This document shows, piece after piece, positions 1-11,106 of a stretch of 44,222 bases of DNA. A program made the translations under genes and the position numbers. Source of the stretch: Bifidobacterium breve (GTDB lineage Bacteria > Actinomycetota > Thermoleophilia > Gaiellales > F1-60-MAGs149); NCBI GenBank assembly GCA_945861955.1, contig CAMAWJ010000002.1:1-44222 (forward strand), read 5' to 3'. Position 1 is the stretch's first letter. Every line of letters starts with the position of its first letter. The notes beneath the pieces are model-generated. The model searched no databases and was not told the DNA's origin. It saw only the letters and a list, made by a program, of their open reading frames with translations.

Positions 1-656
1 GTTTCGATCATGGCGCGAATCTCGGCACCGGCCAGGACGTCTTCCTTACGCCACGTGCGATCGGCGTCGAGGGGCATAAACTCGATAAAGCGGACGATGT
101 ACGGCTTGCGCCGGGCGAGTTCGGCGAAGGCGATCACCTCGGGCTCGGTAAAGCCACGCATTGCGACGCAGTTGACCTTGATCGGGCGCAGCTCGGGATA
201 GCGCTCTGCTTCTTCAAGCCCTTCGAGGACACGGTCAAGCATGTCGCGTCGCGTAATCTCGGCAAAGCGCGAGTGGTCGAGGCTGTCGAGCGAGACGTTG
301 ATGCGACGAAGGCCGGCATCGACGAGTGGCCCGGCGAGCGTGCGCAACGCGACTCCGTTGGTCGTCAGGGCGAGGTCCTTGAGGCCTGGAACCTTGACGA
401 GGCGCTCGATCAGATCGGGGACGTCGCGGCGGACAAGCGGTTCGCCACCCGTCAGACGCACGTGGCTGACACCCATCGAGGCGAGAATCGTGGCAAGGCG
501 TTCGATCTCCTCAAACGACAAGACTTCCGTGCGTTGAAGCCATGGCAGTCCCTCCGCGGGCATGCAGTACTTGCAGCGGAAGTTGCAGCGGTCGGTGATC
601 GAGATGCGAACGCTCTCGATATGGCGGTCGAACGAATCGGTCAGCGGCGGGCGCAT
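1..656 (-). CDS. moaA: GTP 3',8-cyclase MoaA (molybdenum cofactor biosynthesis), C-terminally truncated by window edge
   Basis: Absent from the ORF track because it has no stop in the window. Start codon is CAT at 654..656. Translation MRPPLTDSFDRHIESVRISITDRCNFRCKYCMP...LTGGEPLVRRD... shows the radical-SAM CxxxCxxC cluster motif and a MoaA-type N-terminal half. Confidence 0.9.
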   Translation of the reverse strand, partial: MRPPLTDSFDRHIESVRISITDRCNFRCKYCMPAEGLPWLQRTEVLSFEEIERLATILASMGVSHVRLTGGEPLVRRDVPDLIERLVKVPGLKDLALTTNGVALRTLAGPLVDAGLRRINVSLDSLDHSRFAEITRRDMLDRVLEGLEEAERYPELRPIKVNCVAMRGFTEPEVIAFAELARRKPYIVRFIEFMPLDADRTWRKEDVLAGAEIRAMIE

Positions 657-681
657 CTGTTTAGTGTAGTGGCGCGACGGC

Positions 682-1239
682 CTACTGCCCAGCGAAGGGC
701 ACTCGTTCGACGTACCGCAGGTCGCGGGCGGGGTGGCCATTCTGCGGAAATCCGGCAATCCAGACTGCATCGACATGGGTCGCACAAACTGCTGATTCTG
801 CGTGTGTCCGAATCTTCTCGTGGACTGCGGCGTAGGTTGCAGCCTCCCCGCCGTAGGCCAGAGTCAGGTGCGGCACAAACGCATGGCGATGACAATCCTG
901 GTCGCAGGAGCAGAGGCTCGTACGAACGGACTGCAACTCTTTATTCCCCTGCTGAACGCCGAGCCAGGCCACTGGGCGGTTAGGCGAGGGAAACTCATCG
1001 AAACCTGCGCAGGTTACGGAGAAGGGTTTGATCGCCGCCGCGGCCTCCCGGATACGTTCGGCGAGTGCGGGTGCATCGCGGCGACCACGCAAGGGGGCGT
1101 AGAACAGGGTGATGTGTCCCGTGCGCGGATCTTGCACTCGGACATCGTCGTCATCCACATCGTCTGCGATTGACGACAACAGTTCGCGCGCCGAATCGAC
1201 GCGAATTACAACCCCCCAGTACCACCGGTGATGAGCCAC
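682..1239 (-). CDS. 2H phosphoesterase superfamily protein (LigT / 2'-5' RNA ligase-like)
   Basis: Two HxTx motifs (GHITLFY and VPHLTLAY) at the spacing typical of the 2H fold. The start is uncertain. The in-frame GTG at 1237..1239 avoids overlap with the upstream gene, whose stop is at 1242; the ORF track extends to ATG at 1293. Confidence 0.75.
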   Translation of the reverse strand: MAHHRWYWGVVIRVDSARELLSSIADDVDDDDVRVQDPRTGHITLFYAPLRGRRDAPALAERIREAAAAIKPFSVTCAGFDEFPSPNRPVAWLGVQQGNKELQSVRTSLCSCDQDCHRHAFVPHLTLAYGGEAATYAAVHEKIRTHAESAVCATHVDAVWIAGFPQNGHPARDLRYVERVPFAGQ

Positions 1240-1241
1240 CG

Positions 1242-2882
1242 TTAGTGCTTCGAACCGTCTTCCGGCGGTTCCTGCTCGGTGAACGGATCCCAATCGAGCG
1301 TTGCGTCGCCAACTGCTGGGGGGCGACTCGTGCCATCCATCGTGTCCTCGCCGTCATCGATCGCGGGTGGCGTGGGGAAGAGCTCTTCCGACGCTTCAGG
1401 TTCGCCGCTCGGCTCGTCGATCAGGCCCGTCGGTGCTGGCAGATCGAGCTCTTCGAAGGCCTGCTCTGGCTCGGGTTCTACAACGGGCTGCGCAGGTGGG
1501 GCCACGATCGGCGGCGTGGCCTCCGCGGGTGCGGCGACGTCTTCGAAGGCGGCGTCGGAGTCGGGGTCCCAGGCGCGCGTAGCCTCTTCTTCGGGTAGCG
1601 CGAGCTCGCCGTCCTGCGTGGGGACGATGCCGGAGGCCGTTGCGGGAGGGGTCGTCAGGTCGCTACTGGCCTCGTCTGCTGGGGGCTCTTCGTCACGCTC
1701 TGGACCATCGATGCCCCAGATTTGCTCGCCGTTGTAATCGAGGCCCGGTAGGTCGTCGGGGCTCCAGCCGTAGGCGCCATACCAGGATGGCGCGGCGGGC
1801 CAAGGGATCATGCGCGAGCCGACGTGCACGAGCGAAACTTCGGGAGCATCGCCGCGCTCGAGGGCGAGTCGGTTCTCGGGGCTGACGTAGACGGTGTTGA
1901 TCGTGCCGTCGGGCTTGCGTAGTTCGATTGCCTCGGTGCCAAGCCCGTGTTCGTGTGAAAAGAAGCAGAGGCCTGGGAAGCCGGGTGCGATGGCAGCGGG
2001 AGGCGCGTGGTCGGCCAGGCGGTATTCGACCCAGAGGATCTCCCACTCGACGGCGTCGAGTTCGCCGGCCACGGTGCGCAGTTCGCGGGGCGAGGTGAGT
2101 GCTGGCAGTGTGCGACGCAAGGCGAGTAGGCGAGCGCCAGCGGTCTGGAGGTGGTCGGCGGCTTCGGGATCGTCGGATTTTGGACCATCGCTCGTGGCGG
2201 TCTCGCCCGTGAGTGCCGTGTGGCGTGCGGCGAGGCTCTCGAGGCGGTCGAGGTGAAACTCGCGAGCGGTCCAGATAGAACCACCGCGGCGGCGGCGACG
2301 CTGCTCATTCGAACGTGCGCGGATACGGAGCACAACCAGCACGATGCTTCCGAGCAGCAAGGCAACCACAGCCCATTGCCACCATGGTCGACCACTGCTG
2401 CCACTGGTGCCTGGGTCATCCGCATTCTTGTTCGGTTTCGTGACGGCGGCTGCATAGCTCGTCAGCGCGCCAACCGGATCGGTGGCGGCAACCGCGCGTG
2501 TGTCGGCGACTGCCTTGTTGATGCGGTCTTGTGGGTAGCTGAGCGATGCTCCGCCGAGCTTGCCTTTGGTGATCAGGCCAACGGTGGCTTGCGGATCCTT
2601 GGCCTGGAGTGCCTGCGCGAGCAGTCGGGCAGAGCCCTTGGCGTTCGCAGCGCCAGCAATTGGCCTGGCGAGCACGACCAGGTAGAAGGAGGGGTTGGCG
2701 GCGGCGACGGCGGTGAGGGCTGCGATGTCTGGTTGCGGTGACACGCCGGGCTGCACAAAGGCGTGGCGTGCGGTCATCGCGGTGGCTACTTGGGCGGCGC
2801 TCAGCCGGGCGGCGGCCTGCGCGGACGCCGCGAAGATCGTCAGGGTCAGGATCAGCGCGAGGACTGGGATGAGACGACGCAT
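1242..2882 (-). CDS. Hypothetical membrane-anchored protein (signal peptide, one internal TM, acidic/Pro-rich tail)
   Basis: The ORF track gives 1242..2948. The likely start is M23 (CAT at 2880..2882), giving MRRLIPVLALILTLTIFAASAQA as a signal peptide. An internal TM WWQWAVVALLLGSIVLVVL is followed by RIRARSNEQRRRRR. The C-terminal ~150 aa are D/E/P-rich low complexity. No family recognised. Confidence 0.7.
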   Translation of the reverse strand: MRRLIPVLALILTLTIFAASAQAAARLSAAQVATAMTARHAFVQPGVSPQPDIAALTAVAAANPSFYLVVLARPIAGAANAKGSARLLAQALQAKDPQATVGLITKGKLGGASLSYPQDRINKAVADTRAVAATDPVGALTSYAAAVTKPNKNADDPGTSGSSGRPWWQWAVVALLLGSIVLVVLRIRARSNEQRRRRRGGSIWTAREFHLDRLESLAARHTALTGETATSDGPKSDDPEAADHLQTAGARLLALRRTLPALTSPRELRTVAGELDAVEWEILWVEYRLADHAPPAAIAPGFPGLCFFSHEHGLGTEAIELRKPDGTINTVYVSPENRLALERGDAPEVSLVHVGSRMIPWPAAPSWYGAYGWSPDDLPGLDYNGEQIWGIDGPERDEEPPADEASSDLTTPPATASGIVPTQDGELALPEEEATRAWDPDSDAAFEDVAAPAEATPPIVAPPAQPVVEPEPEQAFEELDLPAPTGLIDEPSGEPEASEELFPTPPAIDDGEDTMDGTSRPPAVGDATLDWDPFTEQEPPEDGSKH

Positions 2883-2958
2883 ACCGTGATGGTACTCGCT
2901 GGAGCGGCGGAGTGGGGTTTTCTGATTCGCCGGGATGTGAATCCTCATAAAAAGAAAA

Positions 2959-2988
2959 CTTGATATTCAGGCACTCAGGTAATAGAGT
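2959..2988 (+). promoter_or_regulatory. Candidate dnaK promoter (-35 TTGATA 2960..2965, 17-nt spacer, -10 TAGAGT 2983..2988) overlapped by a HAIR-like HspR operator CTTGATA-N7-ACTCAGG (2959..2979)
   Basis: Matches the HAIR consensus CTTGAGT-N7-ACTCAAG at 11 of 14 positions. It sits 82 nt upstream of the dnaK ATG, and hspR is encoded in the same cluster. The -35/-10 hexamers and spacing fit a housekeeping-sigma promoter. Confidence 0.45.
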
Positions 2989-3060
2989 GTGGTCACGCGC
3001 CACTTCTCGGCGCCTGCACTTCCATCCCCCTCATCCCATCTCCACGGAGGCTTATCCCTT

Positions 3061-4967
<1,907 letters not shown>

Positions 4968-4971
<4 letters not shown>

Positions 4972-5516
4972 GCGCCCATGACCCGGTAGATTCGGACCTC
5001 CCCGCCGAGAGCGGGGAGGATTCGATCGTGTCGAAGGCAGAGGCCGAGCTCGTCGAAGAAGAGCTCGATCCTCTGGCTCTGGCCGAACGTCAACGCGACG
5101 ACTACCTCGACCAGCTGCGACGACTTGCGGCCGAGTTCGACAACTACAAGAAGCGGATGGTCCGCGAGCACGAGGAACTGCGCGAGCGTGCAGCCGAGCG
5201 TCTCTTGCGCGACCTGCTGCCAGTTTTCGACGATCTCGGGCGTGCTCTGACGGCATTTGAGACGGCGGAGACTGAGGCGATCGCCGACGGCGTGGCGCTC
5301 GTTCATCGCGCACTCTGGACCTTGCTGGAGCGCGAAGGCGTGGCCGAGCTCGATCCGACCGGCGACATGTTTGATCCGCACCGTCACGAGGCGCTGCTTT
5401 CCCAGCCGGCCGATGCTCCGGAGGGCACCGTGCTCGAGGTGATTCAGAGAGGCTTCCTGCTCGGCGATCGTGTCTTGCGGCCTGCCCGCGTGGTGGTTGC
5501 CGGAGGCGAATCCTGA
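4968..5516 (+). CDS. grpE: Nucleotide exchange factor GrpE
   Basis: GrpE-type sequence ([14 protein letters not shown]-terminal beta domain [14 protein letters not shown]). The GTG start overlaps the dnaK stop (GTGA at 4968..4971). Confidence 0.93.
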
Positions 5517-5596
5517 GCCTGACCCCCGTCACGATCGCTGCAGCTCCGCTGGGCGGTGCCGAAAAGGTCATCACTGGCATCTTCTGGTGCGTCGTC

Positions 5597-6007
5597 TTGC
5601 TGGCCTGGATTGGCACCGGCGTCGGCGTCTCGAATGGCAATGCATTGCACGCCGTCGCGATGTTGTCGGCTGGGCTTCTGTTGGGCGCGATCGGTCTCTG
5701 GCTGCGCGTCACGCAACCCGTGGCGTATCGCTTCGACCGCGATGCGCTGGTGATTGAACGTCGGCGAGGTTCATTGCGGATTACCGGCCGGATCGAGCCG
5801 CATACCGACAAGGCACGGTTAGGGCTCCGGCTCGGCTCCGGTGGTCTCTATGGCTACCGCGGTCACTTCCGCGTCGCTGGCGGTGGCTGGACGCGGTCGT
5901 TTGTGACGGACGTGCGTCGCACCGTCCTGATTAAGGTCGGCCGCCGCCGAGTCGTGTTGTCCCCGATCGATCCTGCCGGTCTCGTAGAGGTCGTTCGCAA
6001 TGCGTGA
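5597..6007 (+). CDS. Small membrane protein, possible bacterial PH-domain (YdbS/DUF304-like) protein
   Basis: 136 aa. Hydrophobic N-terminus (ALHAVAMLSAGLLLGAIGLWL) followed by a ~90-aa soluble domain. TTG start at 5597; no canonical in-frame start lies further upstream. The stop overlaps the dnaJ start by 8 nt (ATGCGTGA at 6000..6007). The function call is weak. Confidence 0.6.
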   Translation: MLAWIGTGVGVSNGNALHAVAMLSAGLLLGAIGLWLRVTQPVAYRFDRDALVIERRRGSLRITGRIEPHTDKARLGLRLGSGGLYGYRGHFRVAGGGWTRSFVTDVRRTVLIKVGRRRVVLSPIDPAGLVEVVRNA

Positions 6008-7103
6008 TCTCTACGAGGTGCTTGAGGTACCGCGATCGGCAACTGCAGACGAGATCAAGAAGGCCTATCGCACGCTGGCACGCAAGCACCATCCCGACGC
6101 CAATCCTGACGATCCAAAAGCCGAAGAGCGCTTCAAGGAGATCTCCGCTGCGCACGACACCTTGTCCGACGTCGAGAAGCGCAAGGCGTACGACCAATTC
6201 GGAGCCTCGGGCGGCACCGGCGCACAGGGCTTCGACCCCAACGATTTTCGCGACTTCGCCCAAGACCGTGGCTTCGACATCTCCGACCTGTTTGGGGACC
6301 TCTTCGGCCGCCGTCGCGGTGGCGGTCCGAGCGCAGGTCGCGGCCGCCGTCCCGCTCGGCGTGGTGTCGATCTCGAGACACGCGTCACCCTCTCCTTCGA
6401 CGACGCGCTGCGTGGCGCCCGGGTGACGGTGCCGGTCGACAAGGACCTCAACTGTGCCGATTGTTCTGGCACGGGAGCAGCGGCAGGCACGTCGCGTACG
6501 ACGTGCCCCGACTGTGGTGGTTCTGGTGAGCGTCAGGTCAATCAGGGGTTCTTTGCGATCGCCGAGACCTGCATGCGTTGCGGTGGACAGGGCTCGATTG
6601 TTGAACGACCGTGTACCACGTGCAAGGGCTCTGGTCGCCAACGTCGGACCAAGCGCTACACCGTCAAGATCCCCGCTGGTATTGCCGATGCGTCGCGCAT
6701 TCGCGTGCGTGGCAAGGGTCTCGACGGAGAGAGTGGTGGGGCGCCGGGCGACCTCTGGGTTGTCGTGCAGGTGCTGCCCTCGGAACGGTTTACACGACGC
6801 GACAAGGACATCATCGTCGAGGTTCCCGTGACGTTCCCCGAGGCAGCGCTCGGAGCAGAGATCGATGTGCCAACACCGCTTGGCGAAAAGGTGCGCGTCA
6901 AGGTACCGGCAGGTTCCGTCGACGGCAAGATGCTGCGAGTACGAGGTCTTGGTGCACCTTCAACGAGCGGCGACGATGGCTCGTTGCTGGTTCGTCTCAA
7001 GTTGATCGTGCCCAGTGGACTCTCGACGCAGCAGACTGAGGCGCTCGAGAAGTTTGCAGCGCTCGACGGCGGGACAGATCCGCGGGCGGAGCTGTTTACG
7101 TGA
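6000..7103 (+). CDS. dnaJ: Co-chaperone DnaJ (Hsp40)
   Basis: J-domain with HPD (KHHPDANPDD), a Gly/Phe-rich linker, and four CxxCxGxG zinc-finger repeats (CADCSGTG, CPDCGGSG, CMRCGGQG, CTTCKGSG). Confidence 0.96.
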   Translation: MRDLYEVLEVPRSATADEIKKAYRTLARKHHPDANPDDPKAEERFKEISAAHDTLSDVEKRKAYDQFGASGGTGAQGFDPNDFRDFAQDRGFDISDLFGDLFGRRRGGGPSAGRGRRPARRGVDLETRVTLSFDDALRGARVTVPVDKDLNCADCSGTGAAAGTSRTTCPDCGGSGERQVNQGFFAIAETCMRCGGQGSIVERPCTTCKGSGRQRRTKRYTVKIPAGIADASRIRVRGKGLDGESGGAPGDLWVVVQVLPSERFTRRDKDIIVEVPVTFPEAALGAEIDVPTPLGEKVRVKVPAGSVDGKMLRVRGLGAPSTSGDDGSLLVRLKLIVPSGLSTQQTEALEKFAALDGGTDPRAELFT

Positions 7104-7507
7104 ACGAAGACACCCCCAAGTACATGATCGGCGTCGCCGCCGAGCTCGTCGGCATGCACCCCCAGACGCTACGGCTCTACGAAGCCCGAGGTCTGGTCCG
7201 ACCGCGCCGCACGGCCGGTGGTACCCGCCTCTATTCGGATGCCGAACTGATGCGCCTGCAGCGCATTACCGAGCTCGCATCGGGCCTTGGTCTCTCGCTC
7301 CAGGGCGTGGAGCACGTGCTCGCACTCGAAGATCGGGTGCACCAACTCGAGCAGCAGGTCGCCGACCTCGGAGCCGCCCTCGATGAGGCCGCGCGCGTGA
7401 TGCAGACTGAGGTCGAGAGCGTGCATCGCTCCTACCGACACGAGATCGTGCCGTACATCCCGCCGCCTGGCGCGGAGCTTGTCGTCCGTCGCCGGCGCAT
7501 GCGTTGA
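7100..7507 (+). CDS. hspR: MerR-family heat-shock repressor HspR
   Basis: MerR-type HTH (YMIGVAAELVGMHPQTLRLYEARGLVRPRRTAGGTRLYS). It lies directly after dnaJ with a GTGA start/stop overlap (7100..7103), as in actinobacterial dnaK operons. Confidence 0.9.
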   Translation: MNEDTPKYMIGVAAELVGMHPQTLRLYEARGLVRPRRTAGGTRLYSDAELMRLQRITELASGLGLSLQGVEHVLALEDRVHQLEQQVADLGAALDEAARVMQTEVESVHRSYRHEIVPYIPPPGAELVVRRRRMR

Positions 7508-7548
7508 ACCGCTTCCCGTAGCTGATACCGAACGGAGGAACCCCCACC

Positions 7549-10149
7549 ATGGATCCCACCAAACTGACCGTCAAAGCGCAGGAGGCACTCGGCACAGCAG
7601 CCGAGCGCGCCCGCGTCGCCGGTAATCCCGAACTGACTCCACTGCATCTCTTGGCGGGCCTGCTGGCCGAGCACGGCTCGGTCGCCGAGTCGCTCTTGCG
7701 CGGCGCCGGCGGCGACGTCGACACGCTGCGTCGCGAAACCGACGATGCGCTCGACAAGCTTCCGAGCATGAAGGGTGCTGCGACTTCGCCGCAGGCCTCA
7801 CTGGGGCTGCGCGAGACGCTCGAGCGTGCCACGAAGGAATCGCAGGAGATGGGTGACGACTACGTTGCGTCGGAGCACGTCCTGATCGCACTCGCCGAGC
7901 ATTCGGGCGCCGCGAAAGACATTTTGCGCCGCCAGAACGTGACGAAGACCGCGCTCCTGGGAGGTCTCAAGAACATTCGCGGTGGCAAGCGTGTGACCGA
8001 TCCCAACGCCGAAGACCTCTACGACGCGCTGCAGAAGTACGCCCGCGACCTAACGGCCGCGGCCGAGGCTGGCAAGGTCGATCCGGTGATCGGTCGTGAC
8101 GACGAGATTCGTCGAGTCGTCCAGGTCCTCTCGCGGCGTACGAAAAACAATCCGGTACTGATCGGCGAGCCAGGCGTTGGCAAGACCGCCATTGCCGAGG
8201 GCCTCGCCATGCGCATCGTTGCCGGCGACGTGCCGGAGAGTCTGCGCGGTCGCAAGATCTGGGCGCTCGACATGGGCGCGCTCCTGGCAGGAGCCAAGTT
8301 CCGCGGCGAGTTCGAGGAGCGACTCAAAGCCGTCTTGGGCGAGGTGACGGCGGCTGAGGGCCAGATCGTGCTGTTTATCGATGAGCTTCACACAGTCGTG
8401 GGCGCAGGTGCGGCCGAGGGTGCCGTCGACGCGGCCAACCTGCTCAAGCCGATGCTCGCGCGCGGCGAGCTACGCGCAATCGGCGCGACGACGATCGACG
8501 AGTACCGTAAGCACGTCGAAAAAGATGCTGCACTCGCCCGCCGCTTCCAGCCCGTGCTCGTGGGTGAGCCAAACGTGGAGGACGCGATCGGGATTCTGCG
8601 CGGACTCAAGGAGCGCTACGAAGTCCACCATGGCGTGCGCATTCAAGACAGTGCAATCGTGGCCGCTGCGATGCTTTCGGATCGCTACATTGCCGATCGC
8701 TTTCTGCCGGACAAGGCAATCGACCTGATCGACGAGGCCGCTAGTCGTCTGCGCATCGAGATCGATTCGCGCCCGACCGAGCTCGACGAGATCGAGCGGC
8801 GGATCGTGCGCATCGAGATTGAAGATGCGGCGCTCGCCAAGGAGAGTGACGTCGTCTCGGCCGAGCGGCGCGATGCCCTCGCCAGCGAGCTCGGTGGACT
8901 CCAAGAAATTGCCGACGAGATGCGTGGACGATGGGAACTCGAGAAGCGCCACATCGATTCGATCCGACGACTCAAGAGCATGATTGAGGACGTCAAGAAC
9001 GAGGCAGAGCGAGCAGAACGTGAGGCCGATCTGCAGCGCGCTGCGAAATTGACGTATGGCGACCTCCCGGCGTACGAGGCCGAACTGCTGGCCGAGACGG
9101 CGGCGCTTGACGAGGCGCAGAAGGATGGCTCGGTGCTCAAAGAAGAGGTCGACGAGGAAGATATCGCCGGAGTCGTTGGAGCCTGGACCGGAATTCCCGT
9201 CTCGCGCCTAATGGAAGGTGAGATGCAGAAGCTCGTGCAGCTCGAGGAGCGTCTCCACGAGCGCCTCGTCGGGCAGGAGGAGGCAATCTCTGCCGTCTCC
9301 GACGCAATCCGCCGCTCGCGTGCGGGGCTCGGCGATCCAGATCGACCGATCGGGTCGTTCCTGTTCCTTGGCCCGACCGGTGTCGGCAAGACCGAGCTCG
9401 CGAAGACGCTCGCCGAACTGCTCTTCGACGACGAAAAGTCGATGATTCGGATCGACATGTCGGAGTACATGGAACGCCACTCCGTCTCGCGCCTGGTCGG
9501 TGCGCCACCCGGCTACGTCGGCTACGACGAGGGTGGCCAATTGACTGAAGCGATTCGACGCCGCCCCTATTCCGTCGTCCTGCTCGACGAGATCGAGAAA
9601 GCACACGGTGACGTCTTCAACGTCTTGCTGCAGGTGCTCGATGACGGTCGCCTGACCGACGGCCAGGGACGCACCGTCGACTTTACGAACACGGTGCTGA
9701 TCATGACCTCGAATGCTGGGTCCGAGTTTGTACTCGGCGAGCTCTCCCACGACGAGATCCGCGATCGTGTCGAGGGTGTGCTGCGGCAGACCTTCCGACC
9801 AGAGTTCCTCAACCGCATCGACGAGACGGTGATCTTCCATCGCCTGACCGAAGTCGAGATCCGCAAGATCGTCGACCTGCAGGTCGAGCGTCTCGTACGC
9901 CGCGTTGAGTCTCGTCGTGTGGCTTTTGAGGTGACAGATGCTGCCAAGGATCTCTTGGCTCGCGAAGGCTACGATCCTACGTATGGCGCTCGACCGCTGA
10001 AGCGTGCAATCCAGCGCCTGCTGGAAAATCCGCTGGCGCTACGTCTGCTCGAGGGTGATATCGGCGATGGTGCCCGTGTGATTGCAGAAACCAGTGACAC
10101 CGATGACGGCATCGTCTTCACGATTGCGACTCCTCAGGAGGCTGTCTGA
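7549..10149 (+). CDS. clpB: ATP-dependent disaggregase ClpB
   Basis: 866 aa. Clp N-domain, two AAA+ modules (Walker A GEPGVGKT and GPTGVGKT) and a long coiled-coil middle domain. GGAGG at 7534..7538. Confidence 0.98.
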   Translation: MDPTKLTVKAQEALGTAAERARVAGNPELTPLHLLAGLLAEHGSVAESLLRGAGGDVDTLRRETDDALDKLPSMKGAATSPQASLGLRETLERATKESQEMGDDYVASEHVLIALAEHSGAAKDILRRQNVTKTALLGGLKNIRGGKRVTDPNAEDLYDALQKYARDLTAAAEAGKVDPVIGRDDEIRRVVQVLSRRTKNNPVLIGEPGVGKTAIAEGLAMRIVAGDVPESLRGRKIWALDMGALLAGAKFRGEFEERLKAVLGEVTAAEGQIVLFIDELHTVVGAGAAEGAVDAANLLKPMLARGELRAIGATTIDEYRKHVEKDAALARRFQPVLVGEPNVEDAIGILRGLKERYEVHHGVRIQDSAIVAAAMLSDRYIADRFLPDKAIDLIDEAASRLRIEIDSRPTELDEIERRIVRIEIEDAALAKESDVVSAERRDALASELGGLQEIADEMRGRWELEKRHIDSIRRLKSMIEDVKNEAERAEREADLQRAAKLTYGDLPAYEAELLAETAALDEAQKDGSVLKEEVDEEDIAGVVGAWTGIPVSRLMEGEMQKLVQLEERLHERLVGQEEAISAVSDAIRRSRAGLGDPDRPIGSFLFLGPTGVGKTELAKTLAELLFDDEKSMIRIDMSEYMERHSVSRLVGAPPGYVGYDEGGQLTEAIRRRPYSVVLLDEIEKAHGDVFNVLLQVLDDGRLTDGQGRTVDFTNTVLIMTSNAGSEFVLGELSHDEIRDRVEGVLRQTFRPEFLNRIDETVIFHRLTEVEIRKIVDLQVERLVRRVESRRVAFEVTDAAKDLLAREGYDPTYGARPLKRAIQRLLENPLALRLLEGDIGDGARVIAETSDTDDGIVFTIATPQEAV

Positions 10150-10151
10150 GC

Positions 10152-11000
10152 ATGGGATTGTTCCGCCGCCGCTCTGCGTCGTCCGACGCTGCCAACGATC
10201 AGGACCTCGAGCTTGACGCACCGGATGTCGAGGAAGAGCAGGGGCCACTCGGGCCGACCGGTCGGCCACTGCATCCTGTCGGCGCGTACTTCGAGGCCGC
10301 TTTTCGGCGCTTTGGCATCAACTTCGGTGGCTATCTGCTGATTGCAGCCGTCAGCGCGCTGCCACTGCTGGGCGTCAAGGTGATTGTGTCGGGCACGGCG
10401 GTGCCAGGATTGTGGGCCGGGCTGATGTACGCGGCGGCGTTCGCGCTTGGCAACTTTATGGTGCTCTCGCTCGCCACGATGCTCGTGGTGGGAAGCCTCC
10501 GTGGACGTCTTGGTTCGCTCTTGATTACTGGTGTCGTCACGGTCGCTGTGGGCACGCTGCTGATCTGGCAACTCGTCTTCGTTGCGGTCGTGTTCTATCC
10601 GCTGCTTGCCTTCCCGCCAATTATCGCGGCCTCGGGCGATGCGGGAGGATTTGGCTCGATCTGGCAAGGCGTGCGGATGACGGTGCGCTGGTTCAAGCGA
10701 ACCTACGCCTGTGTGCTCGGACTCGCGATCGTGATTGCCGCGGTGGCCGTCGGCTTTGGCATCCTGCTGACTCCGCTCGGGTCGCTGTTGCAGCAGCAAG
10801 TCACGTTCGCCATCACCACGATCATCGTCTGGCCGGTCGCGGCCCTCGTCTTCCGCAACCTCTACGGCGATGTGACGGGCCGACTCGTGATCAACGAGTC
10901 GCCGAAAGAGAATGAGCGACGCAAGGAAGTCATCAAGCGTCGTCGTGAGAAGGCCAAGCGCAACCGTGAGCGGATCAAGAAGGTCACGGGCGAGGAGTAG
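10152..11000 (+). CDS. Hypothetical polytopic membrane protein with a basic K/R/E-rich C-terminal tail
   Basis: 282 aa with several hydrophobic segments (e.g. GYLLIAAVSALPLLGV, LIWQLVFVAVVFYPLLAF, VLGLAIVIAAVAVGFGILL) and the tail KENERRKEVIKRRREKAKRNRERIKK. The start lies 2 nt after the clpB stop. No family recognised. Confidence 0.7.
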   Translation: MGLFRRRSASSDAANDQDLELDAPDVEEEQGPLGPTGRPLHPVGAYFEAAFRRFGINFGGYLLIAAVSALPLLGVKVIVSGTAVPGLWAGLMYAAAFALGNFMVLSLATMLVVGSLRGRLGSLLITGVVTVAVGTLLIWQLVFVAVVFYPLLAFPPIIAASGDAGGFGSIWQGVRMTVRWFKRTYACVLGLAIVIAAVAVGFGILLTPLGSLLQQQVTFAITTIIVWPVAALVFRNLYGDVTGRLVINESPKENERRKEVIKRRREKAKRNRERIKKVTGEE

Positions 11001-11002
11001 GG

Positions 11003-11033
11003 TGTCACAAAAGGGTCTGACCCCTTTGTGACA
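11003..11033. terminator. 31-nt near-perfect dyad/hairpin TGTCACAAAAGGGTCTGACCCCTTTGTGACA between convergent genes; candidate bidirectional terminator without U-tract
   Basis: The 9-bp outer stem TGTCACAAA/TTTGTGACA continues into GGG/CCC. It starts 3 nt after the stop at 11000 and lies 74 nt before the convergent stop at 11107. The core is the GGGTCTGACCCC motif also repeated near the axis. Confidence 0.5.
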
Positions 11034-11106
11034 TTCGACATGGAGCGCGGCGCCTGAGTTGATTCCGGCGTAGTGCAGTTCTGGGCGAGCTCGCGCCCTT
11101 AGTTTT

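Noticed and set aside
657-681. Moco riboswitch or other leader upstream of moaA
   Set aside because: Only 25 nt separate the upstream stop (682) from the moaA start (656), which is far too short for a riboswitch aptamer.
273-983. 236-aa plus-strand ORF spanning the moaA / 2H phosphoesterase boundary (mirror 43240..43950)
   Set aside because: It is antisense to two supported genes and crosses their intergenic gap. Its Arg-rich composition marks it as a shadow ORF.
2971-2989. CIRCE-like inverted repeat GCACTC-N8-GAGTG overlapping the dnaK -10 region
   Set aside because: The spacing is 8 rather than 9, the flanking TTA/TAA parts of the CIRCE consensus are absent, and there is no hrcA in the window. 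With hspR in the operon, the HAIR-like reading is more coherent.
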